IMG/VR virus record: IMGVR_UViG_3300007229_000009
Length of the DNA: 20,000 nt
Direction: 5' to 3' (one strand)
Origin: an uncultured virus (IMG/VR IMGVR_UViG_3300007229_000009)
Lineage: Duplodnaviria; Heunggongvirae; Uroviricota; Caudoviricetes; Crassvirales
Below, piece by piece: positions 1-9,244 of the stretch; position 1 is the stretch's first letter; every line of letters starts with the position of its first letter. The notes beneath the pieces are model-generated. The model saw only the letters and a list, made by a program, of their open reading frames with translations. It ran no database searches and was not told the origin of the DNA. A program made the position numbers and the translations under genes.

Positions 1-1376
1 AAATTAAATAATGACTGTTTACTTTCATCTCTAAATGCATGAGACTCAGACCTAGGGAATTGTCTATAAAATTCATTCAATGCATCTGGATCATTTTTTA
101 ATGACTCTACCTCATTCTCCCAATAATTAATTGCACCTTGATATATTAATTCGCCATCTATACCCATAATAGGTTCTTGTGGGTTTTTTAACACTGGCAT
201 TCCATGTCTGTCAATAAACCCTTCCATATTCCATTCCATAGGCACAAACAGATTATACAAACCACTTTTTGTTTGTCCATTGGAATTTCTTTTCATACAA
301 TCAGAATCTTCATATAGGGATTTAAAATTTGCACCCCCTTTATCTAGAGCATTAGAAGTTGAACCCATCATACACTTACCTATAACTTTACTACCTAGTC
401 TAAGACATGTTTTAGTTACCCTCCAGTTGTTTAATATGTTTTCTGGCCTTTCCCATTTACCACTTTCATCATGAAGTAGAAGTTGTAACTTCTCACCATC
501 ATAACTATTGTCAGATGTATTCTTCCAGTCAATGGTTGTATCTAAGCCTTCTAATTCTTCCTCATCTATAACATACATATTTTTTTTAGTAATCTTAGAA
601 GCAGGAACTCGATAAGCTAATTCTGTTTTAGGTTTATCCATACCATCTTGTATGGGTTTAAAAAAGAACGGATAGTTGTTAGATATTGGAACTATTTTAT
701 CTGTAAACATTTTTTTAGCATCGGCACCAGTTTTAGATAATATACCTATTCTAGAATCTTTAGTAATTGTTGCAGTGTTAACACCTTCACATGAACTCAT
801 AAAAGAAAATCCTGAACGTCTTATTTTTAAATAACACATACCAAAACTTCTTTTGTCAGCTTTAGATGCTTCCCAAAATATATAAAAAAGTCTATTCGCT
901 TCTCTAAAATCTGGATGACCAACATCAATTTTTGTCCATTGCAGATACATATAATGAGTGCCAGTTATATAGGTTGGCTCCCCATTATTCATAAACCAAA
1001 AACCTTCTTCTCTTCTATCAAACTCTTGTTCTATATAATCTACCCATTTATTTTTAAATTGAGGTGGGGTTTCATGCCAATGAAATATAGATTGTATTTT
1101 TTTTAATTCTTTAGGTAAAACATGTGGCTCCCAGTACTGTTCTTTGTTTTTTTTGTCTCGCGTGTGCACGCGCGCGGGAGGTTTAGGTAAGGCTATATTT
1201 AAACCATTTATATTTATTATTTGGTCAATTTGCCCAGTTTTAGAAATAACTACAAAATCATATTTAGGATTATAACCATATAGCCATGTACGAGCTCTGT
1301 TTTTTGTTGCCATAACATTGTTCGGCACAATTTTGTACAATTTTCTATATAAACTATTTTGATCTTGATTCTGCAA
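1..1376 (-). CDS. terL: Terminase large subunit, N-terminal ATPase part; runs off the left edge. Start uncertain: TTG at 1376 or ATG at 1313
   Basis: Hand translation gives an open minus-strand frame from about 1397 to base 1 (not in the ORF track). It has a Walker A-like YLKIRRSGFS, Walker B LLLHDESGKW and coupling motif MMGSTSN, plus YITGTHYMYLQW and FYRQFPRSESHAF, as in Bacteroidota/crAss-related phage TerL. Confidence 0.9.
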   Translation of the reverse strand, partial: MQNQDQNSLYRKLYKIVPNNVMATKNRARTWLYGYNPKYDFVVISKTGQIDQIININGLNIALPKPPARVHTRDKKNKEQYWEPHVLPKELKKIQSIFHWHETPPQFKNKWVDYIEQEFDRREEGFWFMNNGEPTYITGTHYMYLQWTKIDVGHPDFREANRLFYIFWEASKADKRSFGMCYLKIRRSGFSFMSSCEGVNTATITKDSRIGILSKTGADAKKMFTDKIVPISNNYPFFFKPIQDGMDKPKTELAYRVPASKITKKNMYVIDEEELEGLDTTIDWKNTSDNSYDGEKLQLLLHDESGKWERPENILNNWRVTKTCLRLGSKVIGKCMMGSTSNALDKGGANFKSLYEDSDCMKRNSNGQTKSGLYNLFVPMEWNMEGFIDRHGMPVLKNPQEPIMGIDGELIYQGAINYWENEVESLKNDPDALNEFYRQFPRSESHAFRDESKQSLFN

Positions 1377-1632
1377 ATCCTTTAGGTGTATTATTTTTTA
1401 CTATATCAATTCCATCTATTAATTGCTTTTCATCTTCAATTCTTTTTAATATCTCGAATGCATCAAAGATAGCAAGTTTTTTTGTAGCGGCTGCATTTTT
1501 CAATCTGTCAGCTGCCAACTCATCATCTTTTTCGTATTTAATAATATCTTCTTTTGCTACTTTTATTAATTGTATAACTGCTTTTTCACCAGCTTTAATT
1601 ATTTCTTCTTTTATTTTTTTACTATCCATCAT
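1354..1632 (-). CDS. Helical protein directly upstream of TerL; putative terminase small subunit
   Basis: 92 aa charged helical ORF (LAADRLKNAAATKKLAIFDAFEIL). The TerS call rests on position only. Confidence 0.5.
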   Translation of the reverse strand: MMDSKKIKEEIIKAGEKAVIQLIKVAKEDIIKYEKDDELAADRLKNAAATKKLAIFDAFEILKRIEDEKQLIDGIDIVKNNTPKGFAESRSK

Positions 1633-2195
1633 AATGTTAATGCTATGTTGTTGGTAAACATACGATATAATTTTTCATCATCAACATAAAACTCATATTC
1701 ACTATCAGGAGTGAAACAGACTTCATCCCCTTCATTAACACCTAATTGTTCTAATTGTTTGTTTGAGTATTTTATTACACCATGTAAGGGTTCTTCCTTA
1801 ACACCAATGCCTTTTAAATAAAAATCTTTTTTAGGAATAGGTTTTACAAAACAATATTTGTCATGACCATACCATTTACCTTTTTTGTTATATAAAAAAA
1901 ACTGATCATTGTCAATAAAAAATAAATCATCTTTAAAAAAACTTTTACCACTTTTTTCTCTACCCTTCATGTCAAAATAAAATTTAAAAACATTGTGATG
2001 AACTAAAAGTATATCTCCTTTTTTTATATCTCCAGAATAATTTACTGGTGTAGACACAACTTCTGCATGTCTATTAGATGCTTTATGGTCTTCTTTAGAA
2101 ACACTGGTTATAAAGTCAATACCACCAATGTCTTTTATATTATCATACCTTCTCCCTTTTACTGGTCGAACTATGAAAGAATGTGGTGACTGCAT
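1629..2195 (-). CDS. Tandem double GroES-like (Cpn20-like) co-chaperonin-fold protein
   Basis: Two GroES-like units: FIVRP..KDIGGIDFI..AEVVSTP..IKKGDILLV and CFVKP..HGVIKY..VNEGDEVCF..EYEFYVDDEKLYRM..NI. Compare the GroES pattern VKVGDxVxF..ExxxDGEEYLIM. Confidence 0.65.
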   Translation of the reverse strand: MQSPHSFIVRPVKGRRYDNIKDIGGIDFITSVSKEDHKASNRHAEVVSTPVNYSGDIKKGDILLVHHNVFKFYFDMKGREKSGKSFFKDDLFFIDNDQFFLYNKKGKWYGHDKYCFVKPIPKKDFYLKGIGVKEEPLHGVIKYSNKQLEQLGVNEGDEVCFTPDSEYEFYVDDEKLYRMFTNNIALTL

Positions 2196-2419
2196 TAAAA
2201 GTTTAGATTATATTCTACAGAAATAGGCATTGTGTTTTTAAACTCCTTCCACATAATTAATTCTTGATTCTTTTCTATCCATATTTTAAATGAATTAGAA
2301 TTTGCATCGTGTTGAATTAAATGAATAATATAAGAGCCTCCTAAAACATTCTGCCCTACAATATAATGCATGGCACCAGACTTGTAATCTGCTCCTATGG
2401 AAATCTTACGGATGTCCAT
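2195..2419 (-). CDS. Phage hypothetical protein (74 aa, beta-rich)
   Basis: ORF coupled to the next gene by a TAATG overlap; plausible protein composition. Confidence 0.8.
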   Translation of the reverse strand: MDIRKISIGADYKSGAMHYIVGQNVLGGSYIIHLIQHDANSNSFKIWIEKNQELIMWKEFKNTMPISVEYNLNF

Positions 2420-2423
2420 TTGA

Positions 2424-2957
2424 CTAGAAAGTTGAATTTAACTTTAGTTTTCTGTAAGAAATATTGACATAAAGTGTTCCATTGCCTTGTGTAGGGTTGC
2501 TACCAGCTTTAGACAAAACCACCGAAGTATTAGTTGGTAACACAAAGTTATTTGTGCCTCCAGTCCAAATTACTTCAACAACATCTGTTGCAGAATTCAT
2601 AGTGGTTAGTTGAATGTCATTAAGTGATCGTGATCCCATATCAAATGATGGTAAATCTGTTGCAAAATCATACACTGTAGAGCCTGGATCCATAAAAACT
2701 AAAATTCTTTGTATGTCATATACGTATGCAGAACCTGGTGCAGGAAGTATTTCAAAGTCTTGAGTTGCTAAAACATTTAAATAAAGTGGAGAAACTGTTA
2801 TAGATTTTGAAACTACATCAACATTATAAAGTTGTTGTAGGGACTCTAGTGTACAAGTTTTAGTAGATAAGTCGTCATTAGCATCAGTCAATACAAAGTA
2901 ATCTGACAATACAGGATTAATATTTGGATAAACGCTAGTGTTACTTATTCTTGCCAT
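2424..2957 (-). CDS. Putative virion structural or fibre-anchor protein
   Basis: N-terminus MARISNTSVYP..LSDYFVLTDAND..TKTCTLESL is paralogous to the N-terminus of 13324..14049; the C-terminal domain is beta-rich. Confidence 0.6.
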   Translation of the reverse strand: MARISNTSVYPNINPVLSDYFVLTDANDDLSTKTCTLESLQQLYNVDVVSKSITVSPLYLNVLATQDFEILPAPGSAYVYDIQRILVFMDPGSTVYDFATDLPSFDMGSRSLNDIQLTTMNSATDVVEVIWTGGTNNFVLPTNTSVVLSKAGSNPTQGNGTLYVNISYRKLKLNSTF

Positions 2958-2960
2958 TTT

Positions 2961-3215
2961 TTATTCTTCTACAGTTTGTGCCTCTTCTACGTTTTCTTTT
3001 ATTTCTCCAGTTGCTAAATCTATAGAAACATCTTTTCCATAAGCTTCCATTAGATTTTTTTCATCTACTTTAAACGCAGATCTTAGGTTGTCCATTTGAA
3101 CCATTAATTCTTTTTGTTGAAGTAATGAATCTGCGAGTGCTAGTTTAGTTTTTGTAAACTCAGCATTCATGCCTTGAAGTCTTTTTAATTCTTCTTCTGT
3201 AATTTTTTTTGCCAT
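2961..3215 (-). CDS. Small coiled-coil hypothetical protein
   Basis: 84 aa heptad-rich ORF ending YGKDVSIDLATGEI; preceded by a TAnnTTTG motif. Confidence 0.75.
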   Translation of the reverse strand: MAKKITEEELKRLQGMNAEFTKTKLALADSLLQQKELMVQMDNLRSAFKVDEKNLMEAYGKDVSIDLATGEIKENVEEAQTVEE

Positions 3216-3245
3216 TGTATTAGATTTAATTTAAGTTATAAAAAA

Positions 3246-3253
3246 CAAATATA
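3246..3253 (-). promoter_or_regulatory. Bacteroidota-type -7 promoter element (TATATTTG)
   Basis: Exact TAnnTTTG match in the intergenic gap about 30 bp upstream of the ATG at 3215. Confidence 0.6.
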
Positions 3254-3264
3254 GTAAAATAATA

Positions 3265-3624
3265 TTATTCTTCAATAGGTGGTACTGGTGGATTGTCCCA
3301 AGTAAAATATAAGTCTTCATCCACAGGTTTTTTTTCTAAATCTATTTGTTTAGATAAACTTGCTTCCATTTCAGCAACAGGCAATCCATCTTTTAACCAT
3401 CCAATTACTACATTCTCAAATGCCTCATCATCTGCATAAGGAACAAAAGGTGAAGACGGATCGTACTGTAAAGAGTAAGCTCCTATTTGGCTAGCGATAT
3501 ACTTAGGATCTTTGTCGTCTTGTGCGGTATACGTCCAATGTACTGTGTAGATTACATTTTGATTCCCATCTTCTTCAATACGGGCATTCATTTGATTTAT
3601 TGTCCACTTATAAAAATTTGCCAT
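3265..3624 (-). CDS. Tail-fibre-associated small acidic protein (assembly or tip partner)
   Basis: W-x-I..NVIYTVHW..FVPY..VIGWL..L..QI pattern, which I recall from proteins that follow S74 fibres in aquatic phages; lies directly downstream of fibre 3649..5973. Confidence 0.6.
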   Translation of the reverse strand: MANFYKWTINQMNARIEEDGNQNVIYTVHWTYTAQDDKDPKYIASQIGAYSLQYDPSSPFVPYADDEAFENVVIGWLKDGLPVAEMEASLSKQIDLEKKPVDEDLYFTWDNPPVPPIEE

Positions 3625-3639
3625 TGTTTAATATTTTTA

Positions 3640-3647
3640 CAAAGATA
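3640..3647 (-). promoter_or_regulatory. Bacteroidota-type -7 promoter element (TATCTTTG)
   Basis: Exact TAnnTTTG match 15 bp upstream of the ATG at 3624. Confidence 0.6.
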
Positions 3648-3648
3648 A

Positions 3649-5973
3649 TTATTTATTTTTTAATAATTCTATTTCTGCTTTTAGTTCTTGGATTGCTTTT
3701 AATAAGACAGGAATTGTTTCTGTATATTTCATTCCTAACAATCCATCATCTTCTTTATTAACTATTGGGGCAAAATCATCCACCCAATCTTGTGCAATAA
3801 AACCTATTTTTTTATCATTAGGTACATTTTTTAAATTATATTCAACACATCTATAATCTTTTATTTTATCTAAAACATTATTTAAAGGTTTAATATTTTC
3901 TTTTAAAGTTTCATCAGAATTTGCAGTCCAAGACGTGCCACCATCTGTTATATAAACACCTGTATCTCCATTGTTAAGTATGTATAATCTATTTTGACTG
4001 GCTACATCAAAATTCCAATATTTGCCAGATGCTGCAGCACCATTTCTTAAATGAATATGATTTCCTGATTGTTCAATATTTAAAAATCCTGTAATACTTG
4101 TTCCTTGTCCAATATTAACTTTCCCCCCACTTGTAATACGCATTGCTTCTGTAGTACCATTGATTTCAAATCTATGGTCTAGTGATGAATATCTAGTTGT
4201 TTTCCAAGCTGCAGTTGACCTATTGTAAGAAAATATAGAAACTACTTCTCCACTTGCATTTAAAGGGTCTATTTCATATCCTAATGCCCCACTATTTGAA
4301 ACTACTAATTTAGCCCCAGGCGAATCAGTTCCTATTCCTACGTTGCCGCCATTAATCCAACTATTACCAGTCGCATATAATCTAATATTTTCTGTGCCAT
4401 TATGTTTCATTTGCAGAATAGGATCATCAGTTCCTGCACTGGAACCAGTACCTAAATAAACAATTTGGTTAGTTGTATTATTTTTTATTATTTCAAGTGC
4501 AGCATATTGATTAGATTTATCAATAGTTAAACCTCTTCCAGGCGTAGCCGTCCCGATCCCGACGTTACCACCATTAAAATGAGTTACACCACTTGATCTT
4601 ATTGCAATAGTTGTAGAACCTGCGGCCGTACTTGCGAATAAACCAGCATCAATACCACCAGGAGCATATGCATTAAGATTACCAGCAAGTTGTAATTTTT
4701 CATTAGGCGAAGTCGTTCCAATTCCTACGTTGCCACTAGCATTTAAAACCAACACATTAGCTACACCATTAGTTCTAAAATCCATTACACCAGTATCTCT
4801 TGTATAACGAATCCTACCTTCATATTGACCAGCACCAGTGTTAGCACTTGCAAAAGATATAGCGGCTTGAGCTGAATTACCTTGCCACAATGTTATATGC
4901 GGTGAAACACCACTTGTTCCTTTACCTATAACTAATGATGCGGCTGTGCTTCCACCACCACTAAAACTATCAGGGGAACTATTATTAATTCCAACTGCAC
5001 CAGCAGGAACTATACGCATTCTTTCTGTAGGGCTGGTGTTTGATGCTCCTGCTGTGTGAAAAGTAATAAAAGAGCCGCTTGCTGGACCTTGTATATTTAT
5101 TCCGCCCCAAGATTTTGATGTATCATACCAATCTCCATCTACCATATCTCTTTGAGTAGACAATTGTAAACTAGTACTATCAAAATTAATAAAAGCTGCA
5201 CTAGCTGTACCAGATGTGCTTTCTAATTGTATTTGTGGACCACCAGCGTTAGAAGTTTCTATATGTAAAATATTATCAGGCGAAGTCGTTCCGATTCCTA
5301 CATTTCCAGTTGTTTCTTTTATAGCCATCATATAGGCACGAGTGCCAGTTGACATTTCTGAAAAATATAATGCAGTTGAATCAGAAGAAAATTCCCATTT
5401 AGAATCTCCAGAATTACCTCTTGTTATATCTATAGCAGCTTGCGAACCAAATATTGATAATTTTGAAGTAGGTGAAGTCGTTCCAATTCCTAATCTATTA
5501 TCGTTTGTAAATCTTGCAGTTTCTAACCATCCACCATTATAACCCATAAAAGCTATATCACCTGTTGCAGTTCTTGCGGCAATAACAGCAGTTGTTTCAT
5601 CTGTTCTGTAGCCTATTGTTAACCCTTTTAACTGCCCACCACTTTCGCTAAAACTGGCACTTGTCAAAGAATTTGGAATTCCAGTATTTAAACCATCTTT
5701 TTTTACTACTAAATTACCGTCACTTGGATTTGTAAAATTTCCTATTCCAACATTTTGAGAATTATCTATAACTACAGCATTTGTTAGTGTGCCTGAATTT
5801 TCTGTACTAATAAATAATTTAGCATTATTAGTATCAATTTGATCCATTGTAATTCTTGCTTTAGAATCACCTGTATCAGCATTTTCTACAAAATCTATAT
5901 AAGGTGCGTTAGTGGGACTATGTAAAGTTATATTCCCTGTTATATTTTCGCCACTTAATATTTTTATTGCCAT
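3649..5973 (-). CDS. Tail fibre with GNVGIGT repeats and C-terminal S74-type intramolecular chaperone
   Basis: Multiple GNVGIGTxSP repeats; the C-terminal SDETLKENI..IGFIAQD..Y..IPVLLKAIQELKAEIE matches the autocleaving chaperone signature. Confidence 0.88.
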   Translation of the reverse strand: MAIKILSGENITGNITLHSPTNAPYIDFVENADTGDSKARITMDQIDTNNAKLFISTENSGTLTNAVVIDNSQNVGIGNFTNPSDGNLVVKKDGLNTGIPNSLTSASFSESGGQLKGLTIGYRTDETTAVIAARTATGDIAFMGYNGGWLETARFTNDNRLGIGTTSPTSKLSIFGSQAAIDITRGNSGDSKWEFSSDSTALYFSEMSTGTRAYMMAIKETTGNVGIGTTSPDNILHIETSNAGGPQIQLESTSGTASAAFINFDSTSLQLSTQRDMVDGDWYDTSKSWGGINIQGPASGSFITFHTAGASNTSPTERMRIVPAGAVGINNSSPDSFSGGGSTAASLVIGKGTSGVSPHITLWQGNSAQAAISFASANTGAGQYEGRIRYTRDTGVMDFRTNGVANVLVLNASGNVGIGTTSPNEKLQLAGNLNAYAPGGIDAGLFASTAAGSTTIAIRSSGVTHFNGGNVGIGTATPGRGLTIDKSNQYAALEIIKNNTTNQIVYLGTGSSAGTDDPILQMKHNGTENIRLYATGNSWINGGNVGIGTDSPGAKLVVSNSGALGYEIDPLNASGEVVSIFSYNRSTAAWKTTRYSSLDHRFEINGTTEAMRITSGGKVNIGQGTSITGFLNIEQSGNHIHLRNGAAASGKYWNFDVASQNRLYILNNGDTGVYITDGGTSWTANSDETLKENIKPLNNVLDKIKDYRCVEYNLKNVPNDKKIGFIAQDWVDDFAPIVNKEDDGLLGMKYTETIPVLLKAIQELKAEIELLKNK

Positions 5974-6004
5974 TATTATCTTTTTATAAATATATTAATT
6001 AAAC

Positions 6005-6484
6005 TTAAGGGTTACAAGCTCCTGTTCCTTGCACTGTTCCTGTACTTCCTGTTATTCTAAACCATCCAACTGGAGCATTAGGTCCACCGGGAAAAATTGG
6101 CCACTGTACACCTGTACCTCCATCTACTGGGCTTGATGTGGAGTTACTTAAATAAACTATATCACCAGTAGTGGGATAAGTACCACTCCCATCATGATAA
6201 TAGGTTGCTTGAGAAGATAATTGACTACACATGTCAGAAACAAATGCAGATGGATTACCAACTAAAAAAGCTGTTAAGGACACAAAGCTTCTTCCATAAA
6301 ATTCACTAAATGAATGTGGTGCACTTTGATTTACTGCTGGAGTAGCTGTAGCATATATTTTAACTAATGAACCAGTTTGTGGAGTTGAACTTGTGCCAGA
6401 CAAAGGTGCATTAGCAGTTGCCGATCTACTAGCTACAGTATTCATTTGACTTGCTTTTATTTCTCCTGAACTTGGTAAACTCAT
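6005..6484 (-). CDS. Putative fibre-tip adhesin or partner of fibre 6481..9195
   Basis: MSLPSSGEIKASQMN..PHSFSEFYG N-terminal module resembles small proteins that follow fibres ending ATGDVxAYSD; 4-bp ATGA overlap with the fibre gene. Confidence 0.55.
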   Translation of the reverse strand: MSLPSSGEIKASQMNTVASRSATANAPLSGTSSTPQTGSLVKIYATATPAVNQSAPHSFSEFYGRSFVSLTAFLVGNPSAFVSDMCSQLSSQATYYHDGSGTYPTTGDIVYLSNSTSSPVDGGTGVQWPIFPGGPNAPVGWFRITGSTGTVQGTGACNP

Positions 6485-9195
6485 TGTTTAATTTGTTTTT
6501 TAAGTTCTTCTACTTCTGCTTTTAATTCTTTTATTGCTTCAATAAATAATCCAGCCATATTTCCATAAGCTACTGAATATTTATCTTCTAAATCTTTTTC
6601 AACTACTTCTGGTATTGTTTCTAATACTTCTTGGGCTATTACTCCAATTTTAGTTGATTTATCATCTATATCTTTTCTATTATAACTAACACCTCTCAAT
6701 TTTAAAACCTTATTAAGGGCATTGTCAATAGTTTTTATGTTTTCTTTTACCCTTCTATCAGAGTAGGCTATTACATCTCCTGTTGCACGTATTGTTCCAT
6801 CAGCATCTAATTTATATGAAGGTGTAGAGTCATTAACACCAACATCACCATTATCTAATACATAAAGTTTATTGGAAGAAGAGCCACCGCCTACAATAGT
6901 AGTAGTACCTGATCTATAAATAATATTTGCTGAATTCGCTTTGTTGTTTACAACATCAGTTCTTAAGGTAGTTGTTTCTACTGTTCCTGCAAACACTGCG
7001 TTACCACTTGATATAGCCATTGTAAGGGCGTTTACGTTAGCAGTTGAATCTCTGATACAGAAGGATTCATTTTCTGATCCTGTAACTCCTGCTGTAATAT
7101 TCCACTGTTGATCAGTTCCACTAGTATTAATTATTCTTAATCCTCTATTCTCTCCTGTACTAATATCTGAATATGATACTGATAACATAGTGTCACAATC
7201 TATACTACCTGCAAAAGTTGCATTACCAGCAGCATAAAATGTTCCATTGACTGCTAATTTATAAGATGCATCAGTTGTACTACCTATATGAACATTTCTA
7301 TTGCTAGCATCTATGTGCATTGCATACTGGCCGCCAGCCGACATTCTCAAAGGAATAGCAGCTTCACTTCCAATTATTATACTACTAGAATTATAATAAC
7401 AGGCTCCTTGAGTTACATTATTGTATTGTATTAAAAAACCACCATAATTTCCAGAAGTAGGATTAGATACAAACGCCCAAGGTTCACTTCCTGAATTAGC
7501 TTGAACTCTTCCTGCCACAACAAGTTTTGATGCGGGATTCGTGTCTCCGATTCCTACGTTTCCAGTAGTATCAATATACATACTTGTTGAGGTGGTTTGG
7601 TTATAATTAGAAGCGGTTGTAGCTCTTTTAAAATATGTTTTACCATCAACCATAATCATAGAAGCTGAAGCCACATTTGGTACAACACCCTGCATGACAC
7701 CACTAGTGTTTAAATATGTATTTTGACATATTGCTATTTCATCATCTGTTCCATAAGCAGCTATTTGACTTGACTGTCCTATTTGCAACACTTTCCATCC
7801 ACCACCTGAAGCAGTATAAGTATCAGATGGTATGCTTGATGTTGCGATTCCTACATTTCCAGAACTGTCTATAACCATAGAAGCAGATATTGTTCCTGCT
7901 TTTTTATTTCTAAATATTATCTCACCATTGTTAATGTCAATTCTACGACCAGATATTTCTGCCATATTAACAGTACCTACTTCAAATTCTTGTGTTACAT
8001 ATCCTGTGTATGGAGCAGCTGAATAATTTCTTAAAACTAAAGCAGTTTCATCAGAGCCATCAGCACCCTGTGCTTGTATTGTTACTTTTGAACTTGATGT
8101 TGCTGATATAGTTCCAATTCCTACGTTGCCGTTACCAAGTATACGCATTTTTTCAGTTACAGAAGTTGCACCATCCCGAGTAGCAAATACTAAATCACTA
8201 TTTGTTGCGTAAGTAGTACCCATTACAGCACCTATGTAAGCTGTTTCAATAATGCCAGCCGGATTACCCGTGGCTGCTCCGTAATATATATTAGAATCGA
8301 AAGATATTTTAGGCCCAAAACCGGTATATGGGCCATTACCGCTAGCACTTACACTTAAAACAGGTTCTAAAGTTGTTCTATTAGAAGTTGTGATCTGTAC
8401 GTCTAATTTATTTGAAGGCGAAGTCGTTCCGATTCCTACGTTGCCGTTTGATAATTGACAAACACCAAAAGTAGTGTCATTATATTTCATAAATAATCCA
8501 CCACCACTATTCCATATATCCCATTTATAAGCAGCGTTTCCATTATCACTTAATACTATACCAGCTGTTGTTCCTTCAATAGCTAAAAATGTTGTAACAC
8601 TTGTAGGCGAAGTAGGCGAAGTCGTTCCGATTCCGACGTTTCCACCATTAAAATATGAATCACTTCCTGTAGATATTTTGACTTTTTCACTTTCCGCTTC
8701 ATTATACATGCTGAGGGTAGCGGCATTCCCACTTCGCCCAACATTAAATAAAAATCTTTGTTCACCATTATCAGCTCTAAACCTTACAGTTCTATCAATA
8801 TTATTATCCCCAGTGGCTGAGTTTGTTAAAATATCTAATCTAGCTGTAGGCGAAGTCGTTCCAATTCCTACAGTGCCACTGGCACTCATAGTTACATATG
8901 ATGTGGTTCCAGATTGTAATTGTATTCCTCCAGCTTGTGAGTTTAGTTTTAAACCACCACTAGCACCAGAGTCAGTAGATATTATTCCTGAATCTGCCCA
9001 ACCAGAAACACCTGTATACCCTGCACTAGTAGCAACAAGATCAAGTTGTGATGATTCTCCTACTACCTGCACGCGCGCGTTCGCGGAGACACCAGTGTCT
9101 GTATTAGTTACCGCTAAATATGTTATGCCATTTTTAGAGAGAGTAACATCTATATCTCCAGCTATATTCTCACTACTTAGAAACTTAATTGCCAT
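6481..9195 (-). CDS. Tail fibre with GNVGIGT repeats and C-terminal S74-type chaperone
   Basis: GNVGIGT repeats; C-terminal IRATGDVIAYSDRRVKENI..LRGVSY..IGVIAQEV..PEVV..SVAYGNMAGLFIEAIKEL. Confidence 0.9.
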   Translation of the reverse strand: MAIKFLSSENIAGDIDVTLSKNGITYLAVTNTDTGVSANARVQVVGESSQLDLVATSAGYTGVSGWADSGIISTDSGASGGLKLNSQAGGIQLQSGTTSYVTMSASGTVGIGTTSPTARLDILTNSATGDNNIDRTVRFRADNGEQRFLFNVGRSGNAATLSMYNEAESEKVKISTGSDSYFNGGNVGIGTTSPTSPTSVTTFLAIEGTTAGIVLSDNGNAAYKWDIWNSGGGLFMKYNDTTFGVCQLSNGNVGIGTTSPSNKLDVQITTSNRTTLEPVLSVSASGNGPYTGFGPKISFDSNIYYGAATGNPAGIIETAYIGAVMGTTYATNSDLVFATRDGATSVTEKMRILGNGNVGIGTISATSSSKVTIQAQGADGSDETALVLRNYSAAPYTGYVTQEFEVGTVNMAEISGRRIDINNGEIIFRNKKAGTISASMVIDSSGNVGIATSSIPSDTYTASGGGWKVLQIGQSSQIAAYGTDDEIAICQNTYLNTSGVMQGVVPNVASASMIMVDGKTYFKRATTASNYNQTTSTSMYIDTTGNVGIGDTNPASKLVVAGRVQANSGSEPWAFVSNPTSGNYGGFLIQYNNVTQGACYYNSSSIIIGSEAAIPLRMSAGGQYAMHIDASNRNVHIGSTTDASYKLAVNGTFYAAGNATFAGSIDCDTMLSVSYSDISTGENRGLRIINTSGTDQQWNITAGVTGSENESFCIRDSTANVNALTMAISSGNAVFAGTVETTTLRTDVVNNKANSANIIYRSGTTTIVGGGSSSNKLYVLDNGDVGVNDSTPSYKLDADGTIRATGDVIAYSDRRVKENIKTIDNALNKVLKLRGVSYNRKDIDDKSTKIGVIAQEVLETIPEVVEKDLEDKYSVAYGNMAGLFIEAIKELKAEVEELKKQIKQ

Positions 9196-9209
9196 ATTTA
9201 ATATTTATT

Positions 9210-9217
9210 CAAAGATA
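9210..9217 (-). promoter_or_regulatory. Bacteroidota-type -7 promoter element (TATCTTTG)
   Basis: Exact TAnnTTTG match 14 bp upstream of the ATG at 9195. Confidence 0.6.
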
Positions 9218-9244
9218 GTTAATTATAAGAATACATTTTTTTAA

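Noticed and set aside
8583..8768. 61-aa minus-strand alternate-frame ORF
   Set aside because: Nested out of frame inside the fibre gene; no supporting features.
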